Positions 1 to 12,860 of a stretch of DNA of 64,000 nt are shown piece after piece (within the stretch, counting starts at the first letter, position 1; each line of letters opens with the position of its first letter). This stretch comes from Raja brachyura. Lineage: Eukaryota. The stretch lies in assembly GCA_963514005.1 (NCBI GenBank), contig OY740813.1, forward strand, positions 24,738,001 through 24,802,000, in the 5' to 3' direction. The translations under genes were made by a program, and so were the position numbers. Under the pieces are notes generated by a model. That model was not told where the DNA came from. It did not search any database and saw only the letters and a program-made list of their open reading frames with translations.

Positions 1-636
1 GAGCTAACAGCCTCCAACTACCACCGACCTCAAGGCTCCGGAGGCAGAGCCAGCCAGGACTTACCAGCGCGAGGCTGGCCGACTTCGGGGCTGCGGCGGG
101 TTCAGGCATTCCGGCGTTCCAGCAGCCCGACTTGGAGCTGTGGCGGCTTTCCGGTGGCGGTGGCGGCGGCAGCGACTTCGGAGGTTCGGCCGCGGGCCCA
201 GTGGACGACATCGTCGGGAGCTCGCAGGTCACAGGTTGGTGACCTGTTTTTCCGGAGCTCCCACGGCAACAGCTGCGTTCGCTGGACTGGAGGGCGGCAG
301 CTTCGACCGCCCCGGGTTGAACCGGTCCGTACGCGGAGCGCGGTTCAGCCGCGGGACTTATTTACATCACCCAGTGCGGTCACAATATCGGAGGCCTGGG
401 TCGCCTCAGCGCAGAGGAAGGGGAAGAACAAGAAGGGAAGAGACAAAGACAAGATTTTTGCCTTCCATCACAGTGAGGAGGTGTCTGGTGAACTCACTGT
501 GGTGGATGTTAAATATGTGTTTATTGTGTGTTTTGTTATTTATTAAATGTATGACTGCAGGCAATGAAATTTCGTTCAGACCTCAAGGTCTGAATGACAA
601 TAATGTTTTCCATGATTCCATGATGATTCCATGATT
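1..636 (+). mobile_element. GC/CpG-rich retroposon, probably non-autonomous, with LINE-type 3' stem-loop and tandem tail; 5' part outside window
   Basis: Abrupt GC-rich block. 3' hairpin TTCAGACC-tcaa-GGTCTGAA (575-594), then ACAATAA and a (TTCCATGA)n tail (608-636). This resembles Rex/Babar- or L2-type 3' ends. Confidence 0.5.
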
Positions 637-888
637 TAGATTTGGTGAGAATGAAGAAACAACATATTTTCTTGGTGACTTGTGTAGTTGTTTAGCAAGG
701 TAAACACAGTCCCAATCAATTGGGCTGCTTGTCCTGATGGTCTGGATATTTGCAGCATCACATGGTTTTCCATTCTCTATGGTGAAAGGGAGGTTGTTAA
801 ACCACTTTGAACGAAGATCACCAACTATATTTTGTTCACTTTGTTAGAGACCAAAACGTTGACAGACCACACTACTTGGCAGGAGTGA

Positions 889-963
889 CCATGGTACATT
901 AAATGGCGGTGCTGGCTCGAAGGGCCGAATGGCCTACTCCTGCACCTATTTTTAATGTTTCTA
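889..963 (+). mobile_element. CR1/HER1-like LINE extreme 3' end
   Basis: AATGGCGGTGCTGGCTCGAAGGGCCGAATGGCCTACTCCTGCACCTATTT is nearly identical to the 3' UTR of the CR1 copy at 44157-44210. Confidence 0.85.
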
Positions 964-1864
964 ATATATATATTAAATCCCAGTCCATTTTGTAATCCAC
1001 AGACATAATGGGGGCATTTTGTGTTGGCAGCTGATATCTTTGTTCTGCACATCCATTGGAAGTTCAATGACGCAGGTGGCTGCTGGTGCTTGTGTTGTGA
1101 AACTTGTGATATAACTTGTTAGATTTCTGTGTGTGTATGCGTGACTGGCTCTAACTCACACTGTGTTAAGGGCCATGGTAGCCCTTAAGGGACATGGCTT
1201 TTGCTTTCCAAGGTTAGGTGAGGAATAAATTGTTCATGTTCCTGTTCTTGGTTTCTGTGCAATGACCTTTGATTGATAGCCACGCTATAATGAGAAAGTT
1301 GGAAAAAAGAAAATGTGTTAAAAGAGGAGCATTTGGCAACAATGCATGTTTAGTGTTCAAATAACAAGAAGTTATAAGCATAATTTCCGAATCCAACTAA
1401 GGTTCTTATGGCAATGTGCAGTTTTTCGGCTGTGCTTTGTAAACATCATGATAATAAAATTATATTAAAATGGTCTATTTCACAGTAGATTATCAGCACA
1501 CTGCTCATTCTTTGTTTATTGTTTTGGACTTTGGGTACAACTTTATGAAGTTATTGCACTTCACCAAACTCCAGCAGCTGCACCATGATACAAGATATAA
1601 TTTGAACCTTCTCTGACTTGCGCTTGCTCCTTCCTTTTCCGTACTGTCCTAATAGTTAAATCTATCTCTATTGTAAATATGTCTACATTAAATTAAATTG
1701 GGAATAAAGTTGTACAATCAGAGGCGATTATATTTACTTCACCCATCCACCTTTACCTCAGACTTGCATATCCCAAACATGTTGCATCTAAATTGAAGCT
1801 GCCAACCAAACCAGTTGTCATTCTGTCCCCATATTTAAACAATGCATTTTGCAACTTTTTGTGT

Positions 1865-2156
1865 CTAGTTTAGTGATACAGCGCGGAAACCGACCCTTCG
1901 GCCCACCGAGTCCGCGCTGAATAGCGATCACCCTGCACACTAACACTATCTTACATACACACACGAGAGACAATTTACATTTACACCAAGCCAATTAACC
2001 TACAAACCTGTACGTCTCTGGAGTGTTGGAGGAAACCCACGCGGTCACGGGGAGAACGTTCAAACTCCGTATAGACAGCACCTGTAGCCAGGATTGAACC
2101 CAGGTCTGTGGCGCTGCAAGCACTGTAAGGCAGGAACTCTACCGCTGTGCCACTGT
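1865..2156 (-). mobile_element. HE1-like tRNA-derived V-SINE
   Basis: Minus strand has A box (TGGCACAGCGG) and B box (GGTTCAATCC), a TATACGGAGTTTGAACGTTCTCCCCGTGACC core, a CR1-like 3' end and a CTAAACTA tail. Homologous to five other copies in the window. Confidence 0.85.
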
Positions 2157-2552
2157 AATATTACCTTTTACCGTTTACAATCTCTGTAGGCCCATCAGCT
2201 CCCAGATGCCGGTTATTTGTAATTATTTGTTTTCAATTTTTTTGGTTGCTAATAAATAGGGTTACAACGTCTGATTAGAACAAGTGAAGCTGCCGGAATG
2301 AGAATACGAATGACCGTCTGACTAGCAATTGCATATAAGCACATCATTCGAATACTGCATTTACTGAACTATAAAAATTCATGGAACCACATTTAGCCAT
2401 TCTAAAGAAAATATTTAATTTTAGATTAATATTATTTCTGCTTTTGAAGTGGAAGAAAGAAGTATTAACAGAGATGGGGTTTTGGTAACCTATTTGGTTG
2501 TGGTGCAGGGGTCATAAGCTGAGCTCAGTGAAGAGAATCAGAAGATCAGATG

Positions 2553-2716
2553 NNNNNNNNNNNNNNNNNNNNNNNNNNNNNNNNNNNNNNNNNNNNNNNN
2601 NNNNNNNNNNNNNNNNNNNNNNNNNNNNNNNNNNNNNNNNNNNNNNNNNNNNNNNNNNNNNNNNNNNNNNNNNNNNNNNNNNNNNNNNNNNNNNNNNNNN
2701 NNNNNNNNNNNNNNNN
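2553..2716. other. Run of 164 N (assembly gap or masked segment)
   Basis: Seen directly; flanks are unique sequence. Confidence 0.99.
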
Positions 2717-5386
2717 GCTTGAGATGGAAGATCAAATGCAGCAAATTCAGCAGTGGAGAGAACAAACACAGCTTCAAAAAGATTGCTGCTTTTTGTTTAG
2801 GAAAAAACTACCTATTACTTCAGTTTTAGTGCAGTGTTTGGGGGGTGGGGATGGAAGGAATTGAATTCTCATTAATATGCATGTCCTTTATTTGAATAAA
2901 GGGAAGTTAGTACAAAAGAGGAGAAATTCCTTAAGTATCTGACTTGTAAAGGATTAATTACCATCTTTATAAAGCAGTGAATTTTTAATGCAAATTGGGT
3001 GTTTTTTAATAGTAAGCAGGGGCATGAGAAATAGTGGTACATCATGCTTATTTTTATGAGCTAAATTTTCAGTGGTGTTTTAAGGCTAAATGTTAAAGGG
3101 ATGGCTGTGAATGAGCAAAGAGTCTGTAAATAGAATGCAAGAGACATATGACACCGAGAAAGATGATTATGGCTCTATACCTCAGCTAATTCATTACCTT
3201 AATTGCTGGGTTGCAGCAGAATGTAATACTGGCTTGGAAAAACACAGGGGTTTCACAAGGAATGCCATTGACATCTCAAAATTGAGACTGTTTCCCGAAA
3301 CATCACTGCAGGAACACTTATTGTTGATCAAAGGCTGAGCTTCTTTAAGGTCGGCTGTGTGAAAAGCCCTGTGAGCACTAATGTGCACTCAACCATTATG
3401 AAAAATCATATGTACAGCATTTTTTGTTCAGCCTGTCCGTGGCTGTGGCAAATCACCGAGTAGAAATAGTATCTTAGTAGGTTTTAAGTATGTTCAGTTT
3501 TCCAAGATTGTGATGAGTGTCATGGCATAATTTATCTTAATGATAGCGAAGCTACTAAAAAAACTGGTTATAAGCACATTTTAGCCCCTTATGGGAGACA
3601 AAAAGTTTTGAATAATAGAGGGAATCGTTCCTTGTCTATTATATCTAATCAACCAAAATGGTCAATGGTATGTTTTCCTTTAATAGGTATTCTATGTAGA
3701 ACTTTGTCTTGGGACAGTTTGCTTCTGTTCGCATTTGGGCAGAGGCTGACTTTTATATTATACCAAGAAGAATGATATTTGAGGAAAACGTGTGTGAAAG
3801 ACAGAACAGAACATAGATGATCTGACTGAAATAGCTTTTTTGAAAATAGTTTTTTTTTTGCATTTAACATTGTTACCCATGGCTTGGTGGGAAGCATCTT
3901 GTCCGTGAATCAGAAGGCAAAGGTGTTCAAAATCCTTCCCAGCCTCAGCACCACTTCGAATGTATTATGGTCCTGAAGCTGGATAGAGATTGGCCCATGT
4001 CCATACTCTGCACCTACTCCGGCACTTTATCACATGAAGAACATTGGCAGTGTCTTCTGGGCCAGTCCTGAGATGGTAAACTGGATCAGAAATGGAAAGG
4101 AGTTATTGGGGCTGTGGGGTGCCTGTGGAGTTGGAGGACCATTCCTGACCCTTGCGGCATGTAAATTTAGAGATTTATTTGAAATTTGTACCAGTGACCA
4201 AAGGAGTTTCTGTGGAAGCCTGCCTGCTCTTTACCAAAACGTTTTTGAATGGCTTTACACTTCTGTGTCTCGGTTGTTTCAGCCACTTGCCTAGGGTACC
4301 TAAACGTTTGTCCTAAAAACATCAACTACTGCATCCTCGCCTGCAAAATGACCCCGTGCCCAACCTTGTATTTCTGATACAGATGAGGAGAGTGTTAATT
4401 ATCTAACATGCACATCTAGCAGACTAATGTTGAGCGGCTTTAACCCTGCATATGATACGAAGCACATTGGATATATATACGATACATTTGGAACAAAAGT
4501 ATATGGTATCCACTGCAGTCACCTCATGAATGAAATTTAAGGTACACATTATAATTTATTCCCCTTTACCATTCACCAGATACTTGACCATTGTCGCAAA
4601 TTGCTGTGTAGATTACATACTCTTGGAATCAAAGTTGTGAGCCTGATTTCTACCACTCCATGGAGATTTCCTCAATTCTTTTAAATTGAGGCTAATTTTA
4701 TTTCAATAAGTCTTGTGTTCACATGAATAATGGGTAAAAGGCGTTGCGATTTTGGACACACATTCCTGGATTATTTAGGTTGGAAACACTTATAACAGTT
4801 ATGATTGACCAGTGGCCAAAAGCATCTTTTTATTTGAATATCTTTCTGTGGGTATGCTTATCTAATTGTACTCAAAAATAAAACATTGTATTTCATAAAT
4901 TTGATCAAGGAATTGCTGTTTGTTTAAAGCTCGACTGGATAGAATAATATTTCATAGGATTTCCTTCCAGGACTATGTTTTGATTCTGCTTCATACTAAT
5001 GTGATGAAAGGCCACTCTTGGCTGGTTCAGGCAAGATTTCTCAATCTTGGCTCAGCTTGCAGTGAACATGAAGCCACATAACTAAACTGCCTATCATATT
5101 TAATTGGTTGCAAAACAGCATTGACTCTGAGGCACCACAAGGAAAATACCATTATGTGGAAGGAATAGGCGAAACCTTTGTTAAATCTTTGATATAAAAA
5201 ACTTTATTTGACCTGAAATAATATTTATATGTGTATGGGGTCTTGCATTTTATCCCTAGGGCATGATTAAGCACAACATGGACAATGACTTGCTTCTGAA
5301 GTCCAGTGAAATTTGCCTATATGTAACAGTGGCCCACAGATGAACAACATTCCCTCAAAATGTATTAATTGATCATAGGAGGGATT

Positions 5387-5851
5387 TTTAGTTTAGAGAT
5401 ACAGCTTGGAAACGGGCCCTTCGGCCCACCGATTCCGCACCGACCAGTGATCCTAGCACAAGGTAGTTGGGGCCAGTTCATTGGCTATATTTAAGAGGGA
5501 GTTAGATGTGGCCCTTGTGGCTAAAGGGATCAGGGGTTATGGAGAGAAGGCAGGTACAGGATACTGAGTTGGATGATCAGCCATGATCATATTGAATGGC
5601 GGTGCAGGCTCGAAGGGCCGAATGGCCTACTCCTGCACCTATTTTCTACGATTCTATGATTAACACTACCCTGCACACACTAGGAGAATTTTACATTTAT
5701 ACCAAGCTAATTAAACTACAAACGTGCATTTTTTTAGAATGTGGGAGGAAACCGAAGATCTCGGAGAAAACCCACGCATGTCACAGGGAGAACGTATGGG
5801 CCTCTGGCGCTGTAAGGCAGTAACTCTACCGCTGAGCCACCGTGCCGTCCC
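5387..5851 (-). mobile_element. HE1-like SINE interrupted by a CR1 3' fragment
   Basis: 5387-5460 and 5660-5851 join into the same SINE as 1865-2156. Confidence 0.85.
5461..5659 (+). mobile_element. 5'-truncated CR1/HER1-like LINE nested in a SINE
   Basis: Matches ~44023-44220 (…GIRGYGEKAGTGY* plus 3' UTR) and ends in a TTCTA(C/T)GA tail. Confidence 0.9.
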
Positions 5852-8800
5852 TGAATTATCCATCATGAGTTTGTAATTGCGGATGTCTCGATTCAGAGGA
5901 CATCTTATCCATAGAAGTCTTAGCCATAGTTTCTCTCCTTCAGCCTAATACAGACTTGACTGTCCTCGGCTATCCACTGATCTTCTGACTGATCCACCTG
6001 GTCAAGACCCAACCATGCACCTTCATTTTCGTCCTGAATGGCATGTTTTGCTTCATGCCTATCATGCCAGTTTGTTAATATTGATGTTTAAAAAAAGTGT
6101 TCATAATTTTGGATGAGACACATTAACATTTGGCTTGGCAGTAGCATATTATTATTAGTCCAGATCACCTTTGATGGAAGTTTACACTCTGGATGGGAGT
6201 GGTGTGCATCAGGGAACTGAGAGGTGGGGTGAAATGGGCTTTTATGTGAACCCAGCACTGATTTTTGTCACAATTATAAATTGATACTTTTTATCAATAT
6301 AACCAAATGACTATTTATGTCCTTGGAATTGAGACATCCGCAATTACAAACTCATAATGGAAAATTCAACCAAGTGATGGAGAAAATAAGAAAGCCAGCC
6401 TATATATTGCTCACAGCCTTGAGGGCTCACAACATTTGATCCCAGCAAATCTAATGGCATTTGTGGACAAGATCTATAATTTGTAGTGTATCCAGTCTCT
6501 TGATTAAAAGAGAATGTGTAAAGACAAATAACAGTGAAATAAAAAACAGGCATCAGGCTGTGAAAAGAGACAATACATTAGCATTGCAGTGCAAGTATAT
6601 GTTATTATTTGTGTATATAACATATAAAGGCACATTATTGTACATGAATAAGATAGTCTGAGGAAAGCTTTCCTATTGTAAGAAGGGGAAAAAATCAATG
6701 CAGCAATCTTTCTCATTCCCCTCATCCAATCCGTAATTGAAATGGAAAATCAAATGAACGCAGAGCAGATAATTGTTTTATCAATATTCCCGGCCTGCCC
6801 TACAAGGGTCAGTGCAGAATGATCATGAGCTGGGGATATGACAAGGACAAAATGTGAAATTGAACAGCATGGAGGCAATAAATCAGGCTTGACAAGAAAT
6901 AGTGACCAGCATGTAGCTACACTATGTAGGTGCCAGGCCAAAGTTTGTTCTCATCTGGCTGCACCAAGTCAAGCTTAAACGTTGACATTTATTGGCTTGA
7001 AAGCATTTTATCTATGCTTTATGAATTATTTCTTTGATACCTTGCAATAGGTTTATTAAACAGTACATTGGAGAACTGAAATGTTTAGATGTAAGTTTTA
7101 TGTATGCTGTCCTATGCAAGCCCTATTTTCTCCTTTTGCCTTTTTCACAGAAGTGAAAACCACCCCTAACAAAAATGCTTTGGTCATCAAGTAAAACTAC
7201 AGTATATATTTCAAATAATGCAGGCAGCCCGGGTATTTAGAGCCGTATCTGTTTTCATCGAACACTTGCATTTAGTCAGAATACCCTTGAGGAAGGTTCA
7301 ATAATAAGTGAAGATTCTTTTATTTTTCCTCCTCATCTGGTATCAGTGCAGTTTCTGGTAATGGCCTTAAACTGAAGTCCCCGACCTGCTAAGGAGCCAG
7401 ATATTGTTGCTTTCTACTCATGATGACGCAGCCAAAATGAATTTTAATTTTATTTTAATATATTTCCAAGTCTCATGATACAAATATTCAATATCTAGTT
7501 AGTGTTTGATCTTATGATAGGATATTTTTCTTGTTTTAACAGTATTGATTTTTCCTTTACTGTGCTCTGAGTGCCTGTTCTTTTTTAAAATAAAAGACAA
7601 AAGCAGTTGAAATGCTAGTCATCAACTCAACTGTATGGAAAATATTGCTTATAAAACAGAATTTTAAGTGGAATATATTTAAAAAGGAAAAATACAATTC
7701 AAAAGTGTTTGAAATGAATAAAAGTGATGGTGCACTGGTTAAATTATTGGTTTAGTAGTAAAGTGGCCTGGACCCACAGCCCAGGGAACAAAGTTCAAGT
7801 CCCACTAGCAACTGTGGAGTATAAATAAAATAGTTTAATGTGGAATTTAAAGAAAATAAATAATCATAATTAAGGATGGCAATAAAACGACAAGATTGTC
7901 GATGAAGCCCATTTCGTTCACCAATATCCTATGGAAGGAAATTTGCTGTCTTTGCCTGGTTTAGTCTCTGTGATTCCAGATGCACCAACGTGGTTGACTC
8001 CTAAATAGCTTGGCACGCCACTTAAGACATACCATAATCAAGGCATTTAGATGAAGAGAATAAAATTACTGAGGGCACAGCAAAATTGTCTCCGGCCTCT
8101 ATGGCTTGGCAAAGTCCTCATAAATCAGGAGAGTTACTGCACAGACTAGTCAAGAAGTTGTTGCCTGACATAGTTGCATAGTATACAGGCAGGAGAGAGA
8201 AACCTTGGAATCCTTAGTGTTGACTCCGGACCCAATGAAGTCTCATGGCATCAGGTTATATGTGAGCAAGAAAACCTCTACTTGATTGCCACTTACAGTC
8301 CACCTTCACCTGAGGAGTTGGTGCTCCTTCATGTTGAACATGACTGAAAAAATACAGTGGTGGACTTGGAAGTACCACCACTCACCAAGTTGGCAGAGTT
8401 CTCAAGGATATGGTTGCCACATTATGTCTGCAGAAATAGTAAATGAACCAACACGAGGAATAAACTTTACTTTTCCTTTCTAAACTATCGGTGGCAGATT
8501 CTACTTTCCATTGTGGCATTGGTAGAAGTGTCCACTGCATGTTCCGTGTGGAGCCAAAGCTTTGCATTCACACCAAAGACACCTTCCATTGTGTGGTGTG
8601 GCACAGGAATCATACTTAGTGCAGTAGACTTAGAACAAATCTCAAAAGGCTGTGAGGCGTGTGGGCAATTATAAGCAGCAGAAATGTCCACCATCGCAAT
8701 CTGTAGCCTCATGGCCTGGCATGTCTGTTATTCTGCCATTACTCTCAAGCCAGGGACCAACCCTGGCTCAATGAAGAGAGCAGAAAGTAAGCTGGAGCAG

Positions 8801-9145
8801 CACCAAGCATTCTAAGGTAAGAGATGCCAACTTGATGTAGCTGCACGCAGGGTTGTATGTGTGCTAAAACAGGAATAATAATAATATGCCCTGGACAGTT
8901 TGAAATGATCTTATAACCCACTGAATACTCACAAAGCTGAACCGTATCTAGTTGTGGACAGTAGCTAATGGGGAGAGGAGTCGTCTCCAGGAATGCGTTG
9001 ATGAGGTCCAGATAATAATCGCATTCACAAACCTATTCAACCAGGAATACTGAGTGAATGATCCATCTCCGTTTCCTCTTGAGATTCCCACCATGACAGA
9101 AGCCTGCCTGATTTACTCCATGCGATATTAATAGCCTAAAGGCAC

Positions 9146-10300
9146 TAGGTGCAGCATTAGGCCCTTCGAGCCAGCACCGCCATTCAATGTGATCATGGCT
9201 GATCATCCCCAATCAGTACCCAGTTCCTGCCTTCTCCCCATATCCCCTGACTCTGCTATCTTTAAGAGCCCTATCTAGCTCTCTCTTGAAAGTATCCAGA
9301 GAACCGGCCTCCACCGCCCTCTGAGGCAGAGAATTCCACAGACTCACAACTCTCTGAGAGAAAAAGTGTTTCCTCGTCTCTGTTCTAAATGGCTTGCCTC
9401 TTATTCTTAAACTGTGGCCCCTGGTTCTGGACTCCCCCAACATCGGGAACATGTTTCCTGCCGCTAGAGTGTCCAAATCCTTAACAATCTGATATGTTTC
9501 AATAAGATCCCCTCTCATCCTTCTAAACTCCAGTGTGTACAAGCCCAACCACTCCATTCTCTCAGCATATGACAGTCCCGCCATCCCAGGAATTAACCTT
9601 GTAAACCTATCCTACATTCCCTCAATAGCAAGTATGTCCTTCCTCAAATTAGGGGACCAAAACTGCACACAATACTCCAGGTGTGGTCTCACTAGGGCCC
9701 TGTACAACTGCAGAAGGACCTCTTTGCTCCTATACTCGACCCCTCTTGTTATAAAGACCAATATGCCATTTGATTTCTTCACTGCCTGCTGTACCTGCAT
9801 GCTTACTTTCATAGACTGATGAACAAGGACCCCCCAGATCCCCTTGTACTTCCCCTTTTCCCAACTTGAAGCCATTTAGATAGTAATCTGCATTCCTGTT
9901 TTTTAATCCAAAGTGGATAACCTCACATTTATCCACATTAAATTTAATCTGCCATGCATCTGCCCACTCCCCCAACCTGTCCAAGTCACTCTGCATTCTC
10001 ATAGCATCCTCCTCACAGTTCACACTGCCACCCAGCTTTGTGTCATCTGCAAATTTGCTAATGTTACTTTGAATCCCTTCATCCAAATCACTGATGCATA
10101 TTGTAAATAGCTGCGGTCCCAGCACCGAGCCTTGCATTACCCCGGTAGTCACTGCCTGCCATTCTGAAAGGGACTCGTTAATCCCCACTCTTTGTTTCCT
10201 GTCTGCCAACCAATTTTCTATCCATGTCAGCACTCCACCCCCAATGCCTTGCGCCCTAATTTTGCACACTAATCTCCTATGTGGGACCTTATCAAATGCT
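9146..10300 (-). mobile_element. CR1/HER1-like LINE, 5'-truncated, frameshifted ORF2 (RT and C-terminus)
   Basis: ORFs 9730-10311 (AFDKVPH…QGSVLGPQLF…SKFADDTKL), 9612-9875 (LYRALVRPHLEYCVQFWSP) and 9213-9584 (RRMRGDLIETY…RVVSLWNSLP) are CR1 ORF2 motifs. Confidence 0.95.
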
Positions 10301-11705
10301 GCTGAGAACACCGGATACTACAAGGACTGTGGGACCAGTTAATATTCTAGCTTGAGCAGTGAATGCTTATTTTTCTGAATGAGTTGCATTTCTAGTCAAG
10401 GAGCAGTTCAGCACTGGCATCCTCCTGACAATTTAGAAATTTGCGTGGGCATGTCTTGTTCAGAAAAAGGAGGGCAAATCCAGTCTGGCTAATTAGACCA
10501 CTCAGCCTAGTCAGAATCGTGACCAAAGTACCACGTGCTCATCAATGACCCCATTTATTGGAGTCAAGTTTGTTCCAGGGATAAAATTATGGACTCCAAA
10601 TTTTTATTGTGATTTTGCCTCAAATATGGATCAAAGAGCTGAATTCCAATGGCAAGGTGGAAACTGACTGCCCTTAATAAAACGCCTGAATTTGAGCAAG
10701 TGTGGCACCAAGGAACCATGGTTAAATTGAGGCCAATTGGCATCAAGGGGCAATCATCCCGGTGATTGGAGTCACATCTAGTGCAGCAGTGATGGTTGTA
10801 GTTGTTGAAAATGAGTCATCCCAGGCATAGGTCGTGACTGCAGGAGTTCTCAGGGCAGTGTCCGAGGGGCAACCATTTTCATGTGCTTCATTAGTGACCT
10901 TCCATTACAAGGTCAGAAATGGGGATGTTTGCTGACGAGTGCACAATGTTCAATTCGATTTCCAACTGTGTAACAACTGTCACAGTCCACATCTGCATAA
11001 AACGAGAGTGAGACAACGTTAATGCATGGGCTGTGAAGTAAAAAATATTTCACAAAAATATCTGTGCCACAACAGTGCCAGCCAGTGACCACCAACTGCA
11101 TATAAGAGTCACACTTGTACACTTGACATTCACTGACATTACCATCACTTGGTAGACAAGTTACCATCACTTGAGTCCGCCACTTTCAATACCCTGACAT
11201 CACCAAAATGGGCACCATCAATAATTCCCAGATTGTTCCATTTGTCATATTTTCTTAAGGAAGCTATGATGGGAAAATTTAGCAGCCAAGTACTTGTTGC
11301 CTTCATCTAAAAGTAATTGAAGCTCCATCGTTGATCCTTGTGACTCATCATTCATTATATTAAACTACTCGATAAAAGACCTACACCATGATGCATTTGT
11401 TATTTTTCAATCTAATGGAACAGTCCCTGAATCAATAATATTTTGGAAAATTAAAACCAATGCATTACTATCTGATGAGCCACATTTAAGACCTTAGGAT
11501 TAAGTCCCTCAGGTCCCAGTGTCGTCCACTTGTTAGAAAGAGTACATTTAAGCCACGTACAAAAACCTCTATCTTGGGCAAAGTTGTTTGTTTGATTCTC
11601 TCCATCACCGAAGCACAGTGGCTAAATGCACTGCAGTTTCTCACCTAGCCTACTTTGATGCCTCCTCTGCGACCCCAAGCTTAAAGTAATTCAAGGATTT
11701 CAGGT

Positions 11706-11870
11706 GACACGAAATGCTGGAATTTGTAGCAATGAAAGGAATTCAACAAGTCAGGCAGCATCTGTGGAGGGAATTAGGCCCTTGAAAGGTCTCAACCCAA
11801 AATGGAGACTGCCCATTTCCCTCTACTGATGCTGCCGGGTGTGCTGAGTTCCTCCAGCTGCTCTAATTTT
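11706..11870. mobile_element. Degenerate fold-back PLE-terminus-derived element
   Basis: GGCAGCATCTGTGGAGGGAA … TTCCCTCTACTGATGCTGCC inverted arms around GGTCTCAACCCAAAA; homologous to 30262-30479. Confidence 0.65.
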
Positions 11871-12499
11871 TGCTGGGGCGTCGAGTGCATGGGAACAGAA
11901 GTGAGTCCCTTTCAAATTATGCACCACTCTTACTCGGAAATGTGTTACGCCATTTCCCCTTTGTCATCAGCCATTCAAATTAAAACGTCCCCTACTCAGC
12001 AGTCATGAGAACATCACACTAGAAGGTTTACAGCAGTTCAAAGAAAGCAAACTATTTCAAGGCAGTGAGAATGCCTTGCAATGCTGTCTTGCCTGTGATG
12101 TGTAGATCCCGTAAAATGAATAAATGGAAAATACCCCCATGAATGTATGCATCAGTTGTTTGTGTGAGGTTCAAGCCACATGGTAAGCTGCTCAAGAGCA
12201 TACGAAAATGGAAATGCTTTCCTTGAGCCACTCTGGTTAGCATCTGTTCATTAAGTGTAAGATTTCTTGATGGGTTCGGGGTCGAGGGGTGCGGTGGGAT
12301 GAGACTTGGTTGCCCAGAAATGTCATCCCTAATTGACAATGATCATTATCTTATGCAGTCCCTCAGGGTCTGCTTGTTTTCACAGAATGGAACAATATCC
12401 TTGTGCGTGAATATTTTTAAATGGTGGTGGCGACTGCACACCTGATATCACCTGTACTTGTAGAGTGAGGTCTTGGTGCAATAGCAAGAAGATCTGATA

Positions 12500-12860
12500 A
12501 TGTTGGGGACCAGGCCCTCAGTAACTACATTATATTGCAACTTTATAAAACATTCATTTGGTCACACTTGGGAGTATTGCATGCAGTTCTGGTTCTGCAC
12601 TATAGCAAGAATTTTGCTGTGATGGAGAGAGAAAGAATGCAGAGGAAATTCGCCAGGATGTTGTCTCAGTCCTGATGCAATCTCAACCCGAAATATGGTA
12701 AATTCCTTTCCTCCCACTGGTGTTATTCAACCCGCTGAGTTCCTCCAATAGCGTGTCTTTTTTCACCTGGATGTTGCTTGGTTTGGAGGACCTTAGTTAT
12801 GGCGGGATATTGGAAAGATGTGGTTTATTTTCCCTGGAGCAAAGGATGTAGTGTTTTTTC
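12500..12860 (+). mobile_element. Degenerate CR1 ORF2 fragment containing a decayed PLE-terminus insert (~12665-12762)
   Basis: LYKT..…HLEYCMQFW-like and QRKFARML-like remnants. Insert reads CCTGATGCAATCTCAACCCGAAA…CCCGCTGAGTTCCTCCA. Confidence 0.6.

Larger units (their letters stand above)
7724..12124 (+). mobile_element. Ancient, degenerate, near full-length CR1/L2-group LINE with tRNA-like 5' head; interrupted by younger elements
   Basis: A/B-box-like head (7728-7738, 7793-7803). RT remnants: 'FEQVWHQG' (~10691-10714), frameshifted 'GV(P)QGSV.G.TIF' (10843-10880), 'GMFADECTMF' (~10922-10951). Ends with GATCCCGTAAAATGAATAAA. Confidence 0.6.

Noticed and set aside
140-634. 164-aa and 130-aa ORFs
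   Set aside because: GC-rich repeat sequence, non-ATG starts, no recognisable domain.
2553-2716. Gap length equals U1 snRNA length (164 nt)
   Set aside because: No recognisable snRNA promoter or 3' box in the flanks; likely coincidence.
3878-4070. Possible very old tRNA-headed (Deu-type) SINE
   Set aside because: Only a vague head similarity; too degenerate to support.
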